From the NCBI GenBank assembly GCA_019057475.1, contig DXJO01000020.1:74875-138874 (forward strand): 64,000 nucleotides of DNA, given 5' to 3'. The translations under genes were made by a program, and so were the position numbers. Within the stretch, counting starts at the first letter, position 1, and the number at the start of each line of letters is the position of its first letter. Positions 26,079-40,612 of the stretch are shown here, piece after piece. Origin of the DNA: Candidatus Thorarchaeota archaeon. GTDB lineage: Archaea > Asgardarchaeota > Thorarchaeia > Thorarchaeales > Thorarchaeaceae. The notes under the pieces are model-generated. The model was not told the origin of the DNA, ran no database searches, and saw only the letters and a list, made by a program, of their open reading frames with translations.

Positions 26079-27054
26079 CTTCAGGAAGATGAACCAAGAA
26101 ACTGCACTCCAAGTCGCCTTTGAGCACTGACTTTACAACTTCCACTTCCAAGGGCTGATCCAAAGCTACCTCCCAAGGCTGCTTAGTGAAACCTGCACTA
26201 CAATAGCAAAATGTGGGCGAAACCTCGATATCTCCAGCCTTGATAGATTCTCTGGCCCATGGACAGTGACAGCAATAGTATCGTTTCATCATCTCGTCAG
26301 TTTCTGCAAGATACTCCTTGGTCATATATGGAATCTTTGTGTGATAGATTATGTTACCTTTTCGCACACCGGTCAGAATTTCCGGTCGGCTCTTAACGAA
26401 GTCAATCACCTCATCAGTAATCTCTTGATTGAAGAAAGGCGTCCCCTCATCCCTATGCTTCTCCAACTGAGCAATCGCCTTCGCTCGCCTTCTTTCTAGG
26501 TATTCATCGATATTCTTAGCCTTGAGGTATTCGTGTCTCTTCTCGAGATGGTACTCCTTTGGTATCCCATGGGCAACTTCAGACAGGACTTTCTTGCACG
26601 TTTCAGCGTCAACTACGGCTTCCAGCTTATCCATTACAGCTTGTGTGATCTTGGGTTTCTGAGAGGGCGGCAAACCCAGCGGCGGCAGTTCGATTCCATT
26701 GAAGACTTCATCCCGTTTCTCTTCGCCAGCAATAACACCCAGCTTCTCATAGAGTACGTCTATGACATCGCCTCCATCGATCAACCCAAGAAACGACACG
26801 TAGATGTCATTATTCTTCACAAAGAGTCCATATCCAGTCAATGCAGCAAGGTTGTCGTATGTATTCGCTCCTTCTTTGATTAGCACGGTCGAGAACTTCA
26901 CTACCTCTTCTGATGTCGCTGACTCGAGCGTCTTTGGCTGGTCAAGGCTTTTCAGGAAGTCTTCGAACTTCTCTGCGATTGAGATAGACTGCATAGTCTG
27001 ATCTTCAGAGCCTTTTCGTTCTTGTAGAAATCTACGAAATCCTTCTTTGTCCAA
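26068..27054 (-). CDS. Hypothetical protein: helical N-terminal region plus a Cys-rich C-terminal domain (DUF6144-like)
   Basis: C-terminal YYCCHCPWARE...SPTFCYCSAGFTKQPWEV...GDLECSFLVHLP. Overlaps the nitroreductase start by 11 nt. Confidence 0.55.
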   Translation of the reverse strand: MDKEGFRRFLQERKGSEDQTMQSISIAEKFEDFLKSLDQPKTLESATSEEVVKFSTVLIKEGANTYDNLAALTGYGLFVKNNDIYVSFLGLIDGGDVIDVLYEKLGVIAGEEKRDEVFNGIELPPLGLPPSQKPKITQAVMDKLEAVVDAETCKKVLSEVAHGIPKEYHLEKRHEYLKAKNIDEYLERRRAKAIAQLEKHRDEGTPFFNQEITDEVIDFVKSRPEILTGVRKGNIIYHTKIPYMTKEYLAETDEMMKRYYCCHCPWARESIKAGDIEVSPTFCYCSAGFTKQPWEVALDQPLEVEVVKSVLKGDLECSFLVHLPEGVE

Positions 27055-27581
27055 CTGTTTTACCTTCCATCTGGGCCTGCTGGCACCCTATTTGCCCTAA
27101 TCAAGACAAGGGTCATAGCAAGTCTGGATAGGTCGGAACAAAGGTTTCCAGCCCGAGATATTTCTAGCACTTATGCCAGTATTACTAGGAGTTTTAGTAC
27201 TCAACTCAGACACGCATTACTGGTGGAAAGCCATTTGAGAGCAATAGAGAATAAGGTCAAGCGTGGTCTCCGTGAGAAGGGCATTCCATGTCAATCGGCC
27301 TTCAGAATGCCAGACATGGAGGATTACAGAGTCTTGCTCTCTTTCAATTCAAAGGACAGTCAACGCCTAACAACCATGAGAATAAAGAGGGCACTCAACT
27401 CTCTTGGTATCGGGGAGTTCAAAGTGCCTACAGACTTTCGAAGACTGAGCGCATCATTCCTACACCTCGAGGTTGTGCTTGGGGCACGTACGGAGCGTTC
27501 AATCACACCAACTGCACGCTAGATGACTTCCGTAGCAGTGATATAGCACCTGTTTTTAGGATGCATTGGTGAAGCAAAGTC

Positions 27582-28349
27582 ATGGATCTTGGATTGAAGA
27601 ACAAGACCATTCTTGTAACCGCTGCTTCTCGTGGTCTTGGCTACGGGGCAGCTAAGGCACTTGTTGAAGAGGGTGCCAAAGTCATAATTTGCGGGCGAAC
27701 CGAAGAATCTCTGAAGAACGCTATTGCATCATTGGGTCCCAATTCACAATACTTCGTGGCTGATGTCTCCAAATCAGAAGATATCACAGAACTGATCGGT
27801 CACGTGAAACAAGCCACTCCGAAGCTAGACGGCCTATTTGTAAACGCCGGCGGTCCTCCTCCTGGGGCCTTCTCGGACCTATCTGATGAGCATTGGAAAT
27901 CAGCATTCGAGCTCACTCTGATGAGCTCTGTTAGACTGACTCGGGAATCTCTCCCACTCCTACGAAATTCGGACTCGCCATCCATTCTATACAGCACCTC
28001 AATTTCAGTCAAGGAGCCAATCCAGAACCTATTACTCTCAAACGCAATACGTCCTGCGGTTGTTGGAATGATGCGTACAATATCCGATGAAATCGGACCT
28101 GAGGGCATCCGTGTCAATGCAATCTGTCCAGGTTATGTCTACACCAAGCGAGTAGACGAGCTTCTGGCCAAGTCAAAGGAAGGAGGACCTTCCGCCAAGG
28201 ATGCAATCGAAGCAAGGATTCCTCTGAAGCGGATGGGCACTCCGGAGGAGTTCGGAGCAGTTTGCGCCTTTCTACTCAGTCCAATGGCAAGCTATGTGCA
28301 CGGAGCGCTACTACTGGTCGATGGCGGGCTCTATAGAGGCATGATGTAA
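27582..28349 (+). CDS. Short-chain dehydrogenase/reductase (SDR)
   Basis: VTAASRGLGYGAAKALVEEGAKVIICGR (TGxxxGxG-like); NAGG; an S...Y-x3-K-like region. Confidence 0.85.
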   Translation: MDLGLKNKTILVTAASRGLGYGAAKALVEEGAKVIICGRTEESLKNAIASLGPNSQYFVADVSKSEDITELIGHVKQATPKLDGLFVNAGGPPPGAFSDLSDEHWKSAFELTLMSSVRLTRESLPLLRNSDSPSILYSTSISVKEPIQNLLLSNAIRPAVVGMMRTISDEIGPEGIRVNAICPGYVYTKRVDELLAKSKEGGPSAKDAIEARIPLKRMGTPEEFGAVCAFLLSPMASYVHGALLLVDGGLYRGMM

Positions 28350-28354
28350 CTTGA

Positions 28355-29332
28355 TTACAGGCTGAGCCCAAATTCGGTCGGGTCACCTCGGCCAAGAATC
28401 AATAGGGCCTTCTTTGCGTAATTGCGGACCTGCTCATCGGAATCATTTAGCAGTATTTCTAAACTTGCAGCTGCAGGTGGGTAGGGCGATACGCCCATAG
28501 CCCAAGCAGCGCTTCGTCTAACATCAGTTTCAGATGATGTCAGTCGCTCTGCAATTGCTCTAAGGATTATTTCGGACCGTTTCTCAACCAACAGGCGAAT
28601 CATCCTGACTTGCTCATCTGGAACTGTGCTTCGCATTACATCCGCTAGTCCCTGCAATGCATGCAAGTCATTCATGTCTCTCAATCCCCGAATCGCCCAA
28701 TCGCGGACTTGTTCATCATCATCTTCCAGTGCAGCAAACAAACAATTCACAGAATCTGGGGAACCAATGGTGCTAAGTGCCCATGCGCCCGACTGACGAA
28801 TTGCAACCTCGGAATCGCCGAGAAGTGCACAGAGAGCTCCAATACTTTCGCTATCTTCTATCTTCGTCAGGACATACACTGCTTCCTTGCGGAGATTTAC
28901 ATCCTCTGACGAATCTCTAGCAATGTGTCTCAGCACTCGACCGTATCTCTTGGAATCAGTGCTTGCGAGAATATGAACTGCCCATTTTCTCGCCTGAAAC
29001 TCCCCGTCCCTATCATTGAGAATCTGCAGAACCCGATCATTAAGTGAGTCCACTCTGGTCCTGTAGCCTGCTTGAAGCCCCTGCAAACGCACTTTCGGGT
29101 CTTGGTCAACAATAGCCAGTTCAACGACCATAGTGGCTAACTTGTCGTTCAGAAGGTCAATCAGATCAATTATTCGATATCTTATGTCAGATGTAGTGGC
29201 ACCCTTCTTCTCTGTGAAGACATCCGTAAGGAATTCTTCAAACGCTTCCGGGTGCATGTTCATGTACTCTGCAATCTCGCGACGCTTGGTTGCGTCGTAG
29301 TCATCCCCTAGGAGTCTTAGCACTGCAGTCAC
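28355..29332 (-). CDS. HEAT-repeat (PBS-lyase-type) protein
   Basis: Repeated units such as VRRSAAWAMG, IRQSGAWALSTIGSPDSV, VRDWAIRGLRDM, VRNYAKKALLILG; GTG start. Confidence 0.7.
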   Translation of the reverse strand: MTAVLRLLGDDYDATKRREIAEYMNMHPEAFEEFLTDVFTEKKGATTSDIRYRIIDLIDLLNDKLATMVVELAIVDQDPKVRLQGLQAGYRTRVDSLNDRVLQILNDRDGEFQARKWAVHILASTDSKRYGRVLRHIARDSSEDVNLRKEAVYVLTKIEDSESIGALCALLGDSEVAIRQSGAWALSTIGSPDSVNCLFAALEDDDEQVRDWAIRGLRDMNDLHALQGLADVMRSTVPDEQVRMIRLLVEKRSEIILRAIAERLTSSETDVRRSAAWAMGVSPYPPAAASLEILLNDSDEQVRNYAKKALLILGRGDPTEFGLSL

Positions 29333-29381
29333 AATCCTATCAGCAATGATGCGCCCTTGTTACCTTTTCTCTCATAGCATG

Positions 29382-30386
29382 TTAGTATATCTTGAATGCA
29401 TCGGCATGTGGCTGTTTCCACTGCTTCTTGCTTGAATCGAATTTCAAGACCGTATGATACGCCGCCATCTGGAGAGCAATTGCATTTGGTATAGTCTGTG
29501 CAAGTGATGTCAACAGTTCTAGATCATCATCAGCGTAGAGATGATATGCTTGCATTTTGAGGGTCTTCGTGAGGACGTTCATATACGACACATCATCAGG
29601 AGCGACCGGATTGTCAGAAACCAGCACTGCGCGATCATCATCGTTAATTGAGAGGGCGTAGTGATGCTGAACCTCTTCCCGTCTACCCAAGATACTCTTC
29701 ATCAGGGAATACTCATTGAACTTCATATGGCCAATCATCGCTGCAACATAGTTTGGCCCCTCTGATATTAGATAAATGGGTCTTCCAACGTCTATCATCT
29801 CAAGAATGGCACTTCCCTTTCTATCAGCCCAGTCAACAATTTTCTTGCCAAGTGTTTCCAATCGCGTCACGTCATGGTGGAATTGCTCGTCTGCCGCATT
29901 TGCCAATCCCCCTGCTACCTTGAGCAGATAGGCCATGGCGGTGGTTGTGGGCGAAGATGGGCTAATGTTATACGAATTCACCCCGGAACGAGTGATCCAA
30001 GCTCGATCAGCGCTCTCCACAGCCTTTCCCTCCGGGTCATCCGTGAGCACAACAGTCGTGGCTCCTTTCGATTTGGCCAGGTCCAATGCAGCAATCGTGG
30101 CAAGACTTCGTCCAGATGCCGTGATCCCGATGACCACACTCCTCTTATCCAGTGCAATGTGCGACATCTCTGTCGGGGACAAGGATATCGCATTGAGTCC
30201 AGCCTTGAGAAATGCCCACTTCCCGTACTCAGCTGCTGCGTACGAATCACCGCAGCCTACAAGTACGATGCGCTTTCCATCATTGATGATATCTGTTTCT
30301 TCGAGGTCAACACTTGCAAGTGTTTCAGGTATCGCTTTCCCCTGCTTTTTGATTGCGCCGTAGCATGCATCCAAGAATTTAGTCAT
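29382..30386 (-). CDS. Phosphosugar isomerase/aminotransferase-like protein with two SIS domains (GlmS C-terminal/AgaS-like)
   Basis: IVLVGCGDSYAAAEYGKWAF, VIGITASGRSLATIAA. Confidence 0.75.
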   Translation of the reverse strand: MTKFLDACYGAIKKQGKAIPETLASVDLEETDIINDGKRIVLVGCGDSYAAAEYGKWAFLKAGLNAISLSPTEMSHIALDKRSVVIGITASGRSLATIAALDLAKSKGATTVVLTDDPEGKAVESADRAWITRSGVNSYNISPSSPTTTAMAYLLKVAGGLANAADEQFHHDVTRLETLGKKIVDWADRKGSAILEMIDVGRPIYLISEGPNYVAAMIGHMKFNEYSLMKSILGRREEVQHHYALSINDDDRAVLVSDNPVAPDDVSYMNVLTKTLKMQAYHLYADDDLELLTSLAQTIPNAIALQMAAYHTVLKFDSSKKQWKQPHADAFKIY

Positions 30387-30411
30387 TTGACACTCATTCC
30401 TCGTCCTAACT

Positions 30412-30891
30412 TCACATCATGTTGACATTGGGGGCATTGTAACCCAGTTGTCTGAGCAGCCCTACCACTAGTCCCCTGTGATGGGTTTCATGCGTTGCGA
30501 GATGCACAAGCGCCTTGGCTACAGTGAAACTCACAGTCACATCTCCCCACGTAACACTCCTGACGTGTTGGAGCACTCTCTCATTCTGCTCTCTCAAGAA
30601 CTCTCTGGTTTTCGTTTCCACACTCTTCCATGCTTCCCGAATACTCTCAGCATCTGCATAGTCCTTGGAGAAGATCTGTTCCGTGGCGATTCCTCTAAGA
30701 ACATGATCAATCCAATAAATCTCTGTGTTCACAAGATGTATGAGGATGTCACGTATCGAGTTTCTACCAACACCAAGGTCCTTTGTGAACTCCTCTTGAG
30801 AGAGATGTTTCACAGCTTCTAGAAGCGGCTCCCTGGAGGCAAAGTTGTGCTCCAAGAGCATCTCGATACAAGACAACATGATAGGCAGCAC
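30412..30891 (-). CDS. DinB-family (four-helix bundle, putative metal-dependent) protein
   Basis: ILIHLVNTEIYWIDHV ... HLATHETHHRG. Confidence 0.7.
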   Translation of the reverse strand: MLPIMLSCIEMLLEHNFASREPLLEAVKHLSQEEFTKDLGVGRNSIRDILIHLVNTEIYWIDHVLRGIATEQIFSKDYADAESIREAWKSVETKTREFLREQNERVLQHVRSVTWGDVTVSFTVAKALVHLATHETHHRGLVVGLLRQLGYNAPNVNMM

Positions 30892-30980
30892 ATGGAATCT
30901 ACTTCCTTATCATAATCTCGGTGGGACCGAAGATAATAGCTATCGAAGAACAGAAAAGCAATCGATTTCAACTATGATAC

Positions 30981-31160
30981 ATGCTCTGGAAGGAATCTGC
31001 TGATCAAGTTGCGTCTTCAGGCTTACTCTGTGTGATATTCGGCACGTGTATTGGTTTCTTATTCGGATCATCCACTATTGGCTTTGGACCTGCAGTAATG
31101 TTCTATCTGCTTGGTATCGGTCTTATTACGTATGCAATGTACCTAAGGCAGAATGAATAG
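30981..31160 (+). CDS. Possible small (59-aa) two-TM membrane protein, below the ORF-track cutoff
   Basis: Manual translation: MLWKESADQVASSGLLCVIFGTCIGFLFGSSTIGFGPAVMFYLLGIGLITYAMYLRQNE*. Confidence 0.3.
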   Translation: MLWKESADQVASSGLLCVIFGTCIGFLFGSSTIGFGPAVMFYLLGIGLITYAMYLRQNE

Positions 31161-31208
31161 AGCGAGATTAGCCCATTCTGTTCGCTTGTATTCCAATCTC
31201 AAGAGAAG

Positions 31209-31316
31209 TGGCGCCCCCGCCGGGATTCGAACCCGGATCTCAAGAGTTCCGTTTTAGCAATCAAGAGATTACTTGATTGACAGTCTTGAATGCTAACCGG
31301 GCTACACTACAGGGGC
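31209..31316 (-). tRNA. tRNA-Asp(GTC) with a roughly 31-nt intron; CCA encoded
   Basis: Reverse complement: GCCCCTG...CAAGA-CTGTCAA[intron]TCTTG-AGATC-CCGGG-TTCGAAT-CCCGG-CGGGGGC-G-CCA. Confidence 0.85.
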
Positions 31317-31653
31317 CCGCATCGCTCGACCTTCAAAATTCTATTAAACCTGTCGGAACTGCAATGTGATTCCGTGACTATTTCCTAGGATTGCACTTCG
31401 AGCGGCAGTTCGGCAAACCTTTTTACCCCATGACCCACTATGTGACGTGGCTCTTTTCCGCAGAAGCCATGCTAGAGGGTATGCTATCTAACTTGGTTTC
31501 AAGGAAAACCTTTTATGGCCACAAAATTTCTCGTCGGTTGCTCACGCAGAACTGCTTCCCACTCATGCATGACCATATGTAGTACTCCGTATGAGTCAGT
31601 GCTTTGTGTAAGTACTCGATTTACCGCGTGTCACATATGGCAAGCAGACGCAC

Positions 31654-31756
31654 GGGCTCGTGGCGCAGACAGGTAGCGCAGCAGGCTTTTAAACTAAAAG
31701 TGAAGACACCTGATGGCCGCGGGTTCAAATCCCGCCGAGCCCGCCATGTTTCCCGG
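31654..31756 (+). tRNA. tRNA-Lys(TTT) with a roughly 16-nt intron; CCA encoded
   Basis: GGGCTCG-TG-GCGC..GCGC-A-GCAGG-CTTTTA[intron]A-CCTGA-TGGCC-GCGGG-TTCAAAT-CCCGC-CGAGCCC-G-CCA (27:43 mismatch). Confidence 0.8.
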
Positions 31757-31905
31757 GCGCAAGAGTGTTGGAGTGATTTTGCTAGAGTGAATAAACGGGG
31801 CGGCTATTGCGGCGGAAGATTGAGCTCGGATTTTCTGGGTCTCATGCGTTGGGAAGCGTGTATTCCAGTAGTAGTACCCCCCGTCCTTCACTAAGGTGCG
31901 GTAAC

Positions 31906-34900
31906 ATGGCGGACAATAAGGGTAAGGACAAGTACTGGCCAGTGATCGAGGCCTTCTTTGACCATTACGGACTGGTAGGCCAACATCTAGATTCGTTCAA
32001 TCGATTCGTCAGAGAGGAGCTACAGGACGTAGTCGATAGTATTGCTCAGCTCAATCCGAAGGTCGAGGGATACACAGTTCAACTCGGCAGGATAACCATA
32101 GAGTCTCCCACTGTCCGGGAGGCTGATGGCAGTGAGCATGCACTCTACCCCAATGAGGCTCGCATTCGAAACTTAACTTATGCAAGCAAGCTCTTCCTTG
32201 AGTGCACCCCCGTCCGCAAGGAGGGCTCAGTCACCACGCGGCTTGAAACTCTGCCGATTTACATCGGCAACTTGCCAATTATGCTCCGAAGTGAGAAGTG
32301 CCTTCTCCATGGCATGTCAGAAGAAGAGCTGATACAGCATTGTGAGGATCCAAAGGACCCCGGCGGGTACTTCATCATTAATGGTTCAGAGCGTGTGCTA
32401 GTCACGCAAGAGGATTTGGCGCCAAACCGAATACTAATTGATGAGGCCAGCAAGAGCTCGAGCTACACACATGTTGCCAAGGTATTCTCAACCTCCAGAG
32501 GATTTCGTGCTCCAGTGACCATTGAGAGAAAGAGAAGTGGGGAGCTTCGCGTGTCATTTCCGTCAGTTCCAGGCAAGATTCCCTTGGCGATTCTTCTGAA
32601 AGCTCTTGGCTTGGAGTCTGATAGAGAGATTGTCGACGTAATCTCAGATGATGAAGAGATACGCAACGAGCTAATTGTGACTATAGAGCAGTCTTCGCCA
32701 ATCAATGCTCTTATGGATGATGAAGATGGCTCCACTCGAAGCAACGCATTGGATTTCATAGGAAAGCGTGTTGCTGTGGGCCAGACCAAGGAATATCGGT
32801 TAGCTAGAGCAGAGAAAGTGCTTGACAGATACCTATTACCACATATCGGAACCGAAGATAAACACCGCCTTCAGAAGGCTTACTACTTGGGTCAGATGGT
32901 GGAACGACTGCTCGAACTAGTCTTGAGCAAGCGCCAGCCAGATGACAAGGATCATTATTCCAACAAGCGACTAAAACTCTCAGGAGATCTTCTCATGTCC
33001 CTGTTCAGAGTAGCTCTCTACTCTTTGACTCGCGACATCAAATATCAGCTCGAGCGCACGGCTGTTCGTGGTCGCAAGCCGAACATTCGCACTGCAGTCC
33101 GGGCTGATGTTATTACTCAGAGAATGAAGCATGCTCTTGCCACAGGCAACTGGGTCGGCGGAAAGGCTGGTGTGTCTCAGCTACTTGACCGTACCAACTA
33201 CATCTCATCGCTTTCTCATCTTAGAAGAGTAGTTTCACCTCTCTCGCGGTCACAACCGCACTTTGAGGCGCGAGATCTGCATTCGACTCACTGGGGGAAG
33301 ATATGTCCCAATGAAACGCCAGAAGGTCCAAACTGTGGTCTTGTGAAGAATATCGCCATGATGGCGTACATCTCCGTTGGTACTGAGGAGGAAGCAGTAG
33401 AACGCGCTCTACTCAAGAGTGAAGTAGAATCGATTGAAACTCTGAAGGGCAAGCGCGGCTCGAAGTGGGCTGATGTGTTCCTGAATGGCCGTCTTGTAGG
33501 AATCCACCCAGCTCCTCTGGTTCTTGTTAAGGCCATGCGCCAGAAGCGTCGTGCTGGTGAGATAGATCAAGAAACCAACATTGCCTACTATGACGGTATT
33601 AATGAAGTTCAAGTAAATTGCGATGCAGGTCGTGTCAGGCGTCCGCTAATAGTTGTTGAGAATGGCAAAAGTCGTCTCACCAATGAACACCTTAAAATGG
33701 TTGTAGAAGACGAATGGGGTTTTCCAGACCTGATGCGGAACGGAGCAGTCGAATTCATAGATGCTGAGGAAGAGGAGAACACCCTAATCGCAATGTATCC
33801 AGATGATATTGGTCCTAAGACGACACATATGGAGATTGTTCCGTCAACAATTCTCGGTATCTCTGCAGCACTGATTCCATTCCCTGAGCGGAACCAATCG
33901 CCTCGTAACGTGTACATGGCAGGCATGGCAAAGCAGTCCGTAGGTGTGCCAGCGGCCAACTTCAATTTTAGGACTGACACTCGTGCGCACTTCTTCCACT
34001 ATCCACAGGTACCTCTTATCAAGACTCGCGCCATGAATTCAATCGGGTTCGAAGAACGTCCCGCTGGGCAAAACTTCGTGGTTGCAATCCTGTCATTCGA
34101 GGGCTACAACATCGAAGATGCCCTGATTCTGAACAAGGCCTCTGTTGAGAGAGGGCTGGGCAGAAGCACCTTCTGCAGAGTTTATGAGAGCGAAGAACGC
34201 AAGTATCCTGGTGGGCAGGAAGACAAGTTTGAGATTCCAGATCGAAGTGTTCGAGGCTACAGAGCATCCGAGTCATACCGTAACCTAGGTGAGGATGGAA
34301 TAATTGAAACCGAGGTTGAGGTTCTGGGCGGCGATGTACTGATAGGGCGAACCTCTCCACCACGCTTCCTTGAGGAATATTCAGAGTTCGAGATTGCCTC
34401 TCCCAACCGACGAGAAACTTCTGTTGCTGTACGCCACGGAGAGTCTGGAGTCGTAGACAGTGTCATTCTCACTGAAACCATTGATGGTAATCGACTGGTG
34501 AAGGTAAAGGTCCGAGACCTCCGGATTCCAGAACTAGGCGATAAGTATGCTTCGCGTCACGGACAGAAGGGCATCATTGGCCATATAGTTCCTCAGGCAG
34601 ACATTCCATTCACTGAAGACGGTGTTGTGCCTGATCTGATTCTGAATCCTCATGCCATTCCAAGCCGAATGACAATCGGTCAGATTCTGGAGATGATTGC
34701 TGGAAAGGCAGCATCAATGCATGGTGAACAGCAAGACGCAACACCATTCTGCGGTGTTTCCGAGGAGGAGCTGTTCAAGATACTAAGAAATCATGGTCTG
34801 CAGCATAACGGCCGCGAAACTATGTACTCCGGTATCACCGGCGAGAAACTCAGAGTTGACATATTCATCGGTGTAATCTACTATCAAAAGCTCCACCATA

Positions 34901-35274
34901 TGGTGGCAGACAAGATACATGCCCGCGCCAGGGGCCCCGTACAGATTCTCACACGCCAGCCCACGGAGGGAAGAGCGAGAGAAGGTGGTCTCAGGTTCGG
35001 TGAGATGGAGCGAGATGTTCTAATCGGTCACGGTGCAGCTATCCTGTTGAAAGGCAGGCTACTCGATGAATCGGACAAGAGCAACATGCTGGTCTGTGAG
35101 GACTGCGGTTTAATTGGTGTCTACGACCGCAACAAGGATACGTACTACTGTCCGATTTGCGGCACCAACGCCAAAATCAGTAGCGTGGTTGTGTCGTATG
35201 CTTTCAAACTGTTAATACAAGAAATGATGTCGCTTGGACTTGCCTGTAGGCTGCGACTCAAGGAGATGATCTAA
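31906..35274 (+). CDS. rpoB: DNA-directed RNA polymerase subunit B (unsplit)
   Basis: MADNKGKDKYWPVIEAFFDHYGLVGQHLDSFNRFV...; GDKYASRHGQKG; C-terminal Zn ribbon CEDCG...CPICG. The start is set at ATG 31906. Confidence 0.95.
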   Translation: MADNKGKDKYWPVIEAFFDHYGLVGQHLDSFNRFVREELQDVVDSIAQLNPKVEGYTVQLGRITIESPTVREADGSEHALYPNEARIRNLTYASKLFLECTPVRKEGSVTTRLETLPIYIGNLPIMLRSEKCLLHGMSEEELIQHCEDPKDPGGYFIINGSERVLVTQEDLAPNRILIDEASKSSSYTHVAKVFSTSRGFRAPVTIERKRSGELRVSFPSVPGKIPLAILLKALGLESDREIVDVISDDEEIRNELIVTIEQSSPINALMDDEDGSTRSNALDFIGKRVAVGQTKEYRLARAEKVLDRYLLPHIGTEDKHRLQKAYYLGQMVERLLELVLSKRQPDDKDHYSNKRLKLSGDLLMSLFRVALYSLTRDIKYQLERTAVRGRKPNIRTAVRADVITQRMKHALATGNWVGGKAGVSQLLDRTNYISSLSHLRRVVSPLSRSQPHFEARDLHSTHWGKICPNETPEGPNCGLVKNIAMMAYISVGTEEEAVERALLKSEVESIETLKGKRGSKWADVFLNGRLVGIHPAPLVLVKAMRQKRRAGEIDQETNIAYYDGINEVQVNCDAGRVRRPLIVVENGKSRLTNEHLKMVVEDEWGFPDLMRNGAVEFIDAEEEENTLIAMYPDDIGPKTTHMEIVPSTILGISAALIPFPERNQSPRNVYMAGMAKQSVGVPAANFNFRTDTRAHFFHYPQVPLIKTRAMNSIGFEERPAGQNFVVAILSFEGYNIEDALILNKASVERGLGRSTFCRVYESEERKYPGGQEDKFEIPDRSVRGYRASESYRNLGEDGIIETEVEVLGGDVLIGRTSPPRFLEEYSEFEIASPNRRETSVAVRHGESGVVDSVILTETIDGNRLVKVKVRDLRIPELGDKYASRHGQKGIIGHIVPQADIPFTEDGVVPDLILNPHAIPSRMTIGQILEMIAGKAASMHGEQQDATPFCGVSEEELFKILRNHGLQHNGRETMYSGITGEKLRVDIFIGVIYYQKLHHMVADKIHARARGPVQILTRQPTEGRAREGGLRFGEMERDVLIGHGAAILLKGRLLDESDKSNMLVCEDCGLIGVYDRNKDTYYCPICGTNAKISSVVVSYAFKLLIQEMMSLGLACRLRLKEMI

Positions 35275-39133
<3,859 letters not shown>

Positions 39134-39262
39134 GCTATCTGAGGCGATACTAGCGCATCAATCAATGTTACAATGCGGAAACATTAAAACAGAAGTTAGT
39201 TTGACGAGATTGTTTCTGGGTTTATCAAGAAGCCGCATCAATACAAAATGAGGTTATGACCA

Positions 39263-39556
39263 TTGAGCCTGAATCAACCGATTGCAAGTGCAGTAAGCAC
39301 AGGTGAGTGTCGCATAGGAGCAAAGTCCTCCATCGATGCGATAAAGAGCGGTGCTGCAAAACTAGTTGTGGTTGCTGCAAATTGTCCGAAGAATGAATAC
39401 GCGGACATTGAAACCTACGCACAACTTGCTGAGGTCAAGGTGCTAGAGTTTGAAGGCACATCATGGGATTTGGGAGAGGTCATAGGCAAACCCTTCATGG
39501 TATCAGCTATTGCTGTGATAAAGCCGGGCGATTCCAAGATTTTGAAGGCTGTTTGA
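39263..39556 (+). CDS. rpl30e: Ribosomal protein L30e
   Basis: ...GAKSSIDAIKSGAAKLVVVAANCPKN...; TTG start; canonical position after rpoA''. Confidence 0.85.
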   Translation: MSLNQPIASAVSTGECRIGAKSSIDAIKSGAAKLVVVAANCPKNEYADIETYAQLAEVKVLEFEGTSWDLGEVIGKPFMVSAIAVIKPGDSKILKAV

Positions 39557-39588
39557 GGCGATTCATATTGCCCCGAGTCAGACTCTCG

Positions 39589-40002
39589 ATGGATGACATG
39601 GCTCTCATTGCCACGTTCGAACGCATCACTGGGGCCTCCGCGGTGGATGTGGTTCGGGATGACGAGGGTGATCGACTGATCTTCATTGTGCGCCCAAAAC
39701 AGCTCGGCAAAGCCATTGGTCGTGGTGGTGCAAACGTCAAGGCAGCGGCTGACGTCTTCGGCAGGCCTATCGACATTGTTGAGATAGCTGAAACTGCAGA
39801 GGAGTTTGTGAAGAAGGCGCTTGCCCCCGCCCGAGTTGAACAAGTGAAACTCGTTCGCCACAAGAATGGAAACACGATTGCCACAGTTACAGTCAAACAA
39901 GCGGACAGAGGCATTGCCATTGGACGAGAGGGTCGGAATATCGCCCGTGCTCGAATATTAGCCAAGCGTCACTTTGACGTGACCAATGTGACAATTGCAT
40001 AA
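39589..40002 (+). CDS. nusA: Archaeal NusA-like protein (two KH domains)
   Basis: LGKAIGRGGANVKAA and IAIGREGRNIARAR GxxG KH motifs. The start is set at ATG 39589. Confidence 0.85.
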   Translation: MDDMALIATFERITGASAVDVVRDDEGDRLIFIVRPKQLGKAIGRGGANVKAAADVFGRPIDIVEIAETAEEFVKKALAPARVEQVKLVRHKNGNTIATVTVKQADRGIAIGREGRNIARARILAKRHFDVTNVTIA

Positions 40003-40072
40003 GGGACCTGACGCACTCAGAGGCCGTTTCGCAGCAATATTCAATGAGATTGCCCTGGTTGTGTCATAACGC

Positions 40073-40078
40073 TTTTAA
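40073..40078 (+). promoter_or_regulatory. TATA-like box (TTTTAA) upstream of rps12
   Basis: aacgcTTTTAAgcat, located 43 nt upstream of ATG 40121. Confidence 0.3.
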
Positions 40079-40120
40079 GCATACAACAGGCGGATGCCGT
40101 GACCACACGTAGAGAGCACT

Positions 40121-40603
40121 ATGAATGGTGGTCCCATTATCACCACAGAGGCGAATTATTTGACTGGTTCAAAGAGCCCGATGGGCGAATTTGCAGCAAG
40201 ACCCCTCCGGTCCAAGCGGAAGAAGTACCGCTGGAAGAAGCCCAGCTTGAAGAGACGAATGCTCAAGCTGAAGCGGAAGACCGATCCGCTAGAGGGTGCC
40301 CCGCAGGCACGCGGAATCGTGTTGGAGAAGGTCGGTATTGAGTCGAAACAACCCAACTCAGCTATCAGAAAGGCCGTTAGGATTCAGCTCTCTAAGAACG
40401 GTAAACAAATCACCGCATTCATACCGGGCGATGGCGGACTCAAATATATCGATGAACACGACGAAGTCATTGTCCAGGGCATTGGGGGCGCAATGGGAGG
40501 AGCTATGGGTGATATCCCCGGCGTAAGATGGGCTGTGGTAAAAGTCAACGGAGTTTCCCTTGAGTCTCTTATCTACGGCAGGGCAGAGAAACCAATTCGT
40601 TAG
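40121..40603 (+). CDS. rps12: Ribosomal protein S12 (uS12)
   Basis: ...[29 protein letters not shown]... A TTG at 40160 would give [17 protein letters not shown]..., which is closer to canonical archaeal N-termini, so the start is uncertain. Confidence 0.9.
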   Translation: MNGGPIITTEANYLTGSKSPMGEFAARPLRSKRKKYRWKKPSLKRRMLKLKRKTDPLEGAPQARGIVLEKVGIESKQPNSAIRKAVRIQLSKNGKQITAFIPGDGGLKYIDEHDEVIVQGIGGAMGGAMGDIPGVRWAVVKVNGVSLESLIYGRAEKPIR

Positions 40604-40612
40604 GTGATAAAG

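Noticed and set aside
27223-27522. A 99-aa GTG-initiated ORF in the 520-bp gap upstream of the SDR gene.
   Set aside because: It has no recognisable domain and no obvious ribosome-binding site or promoter spacing. It may be real, but the sequence alone does not support it.
29874-30425. Plus-strand ORFs (183 and 142 aa) antisense to the SIS-domain gene.
   Set aside because: No motifs are present, and they overlap completely with a gene that has clear SIS signatures.
31807-31905. N-terminal extension of rpoB.
   Set aside because: RpoB homology starts at MADNKGKDKYWP (ATG 31906). The extension has no conserved features and begins just after tRNA-Lys.
39415-39965. Two minus-strand ORFs of about 150-160 aa antisense to L30e/nusA.
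   Set aside because: They are fully embedded in well-supported conserved genes, with Ala/Arg/Ser-rich translations typical of antisense frames.
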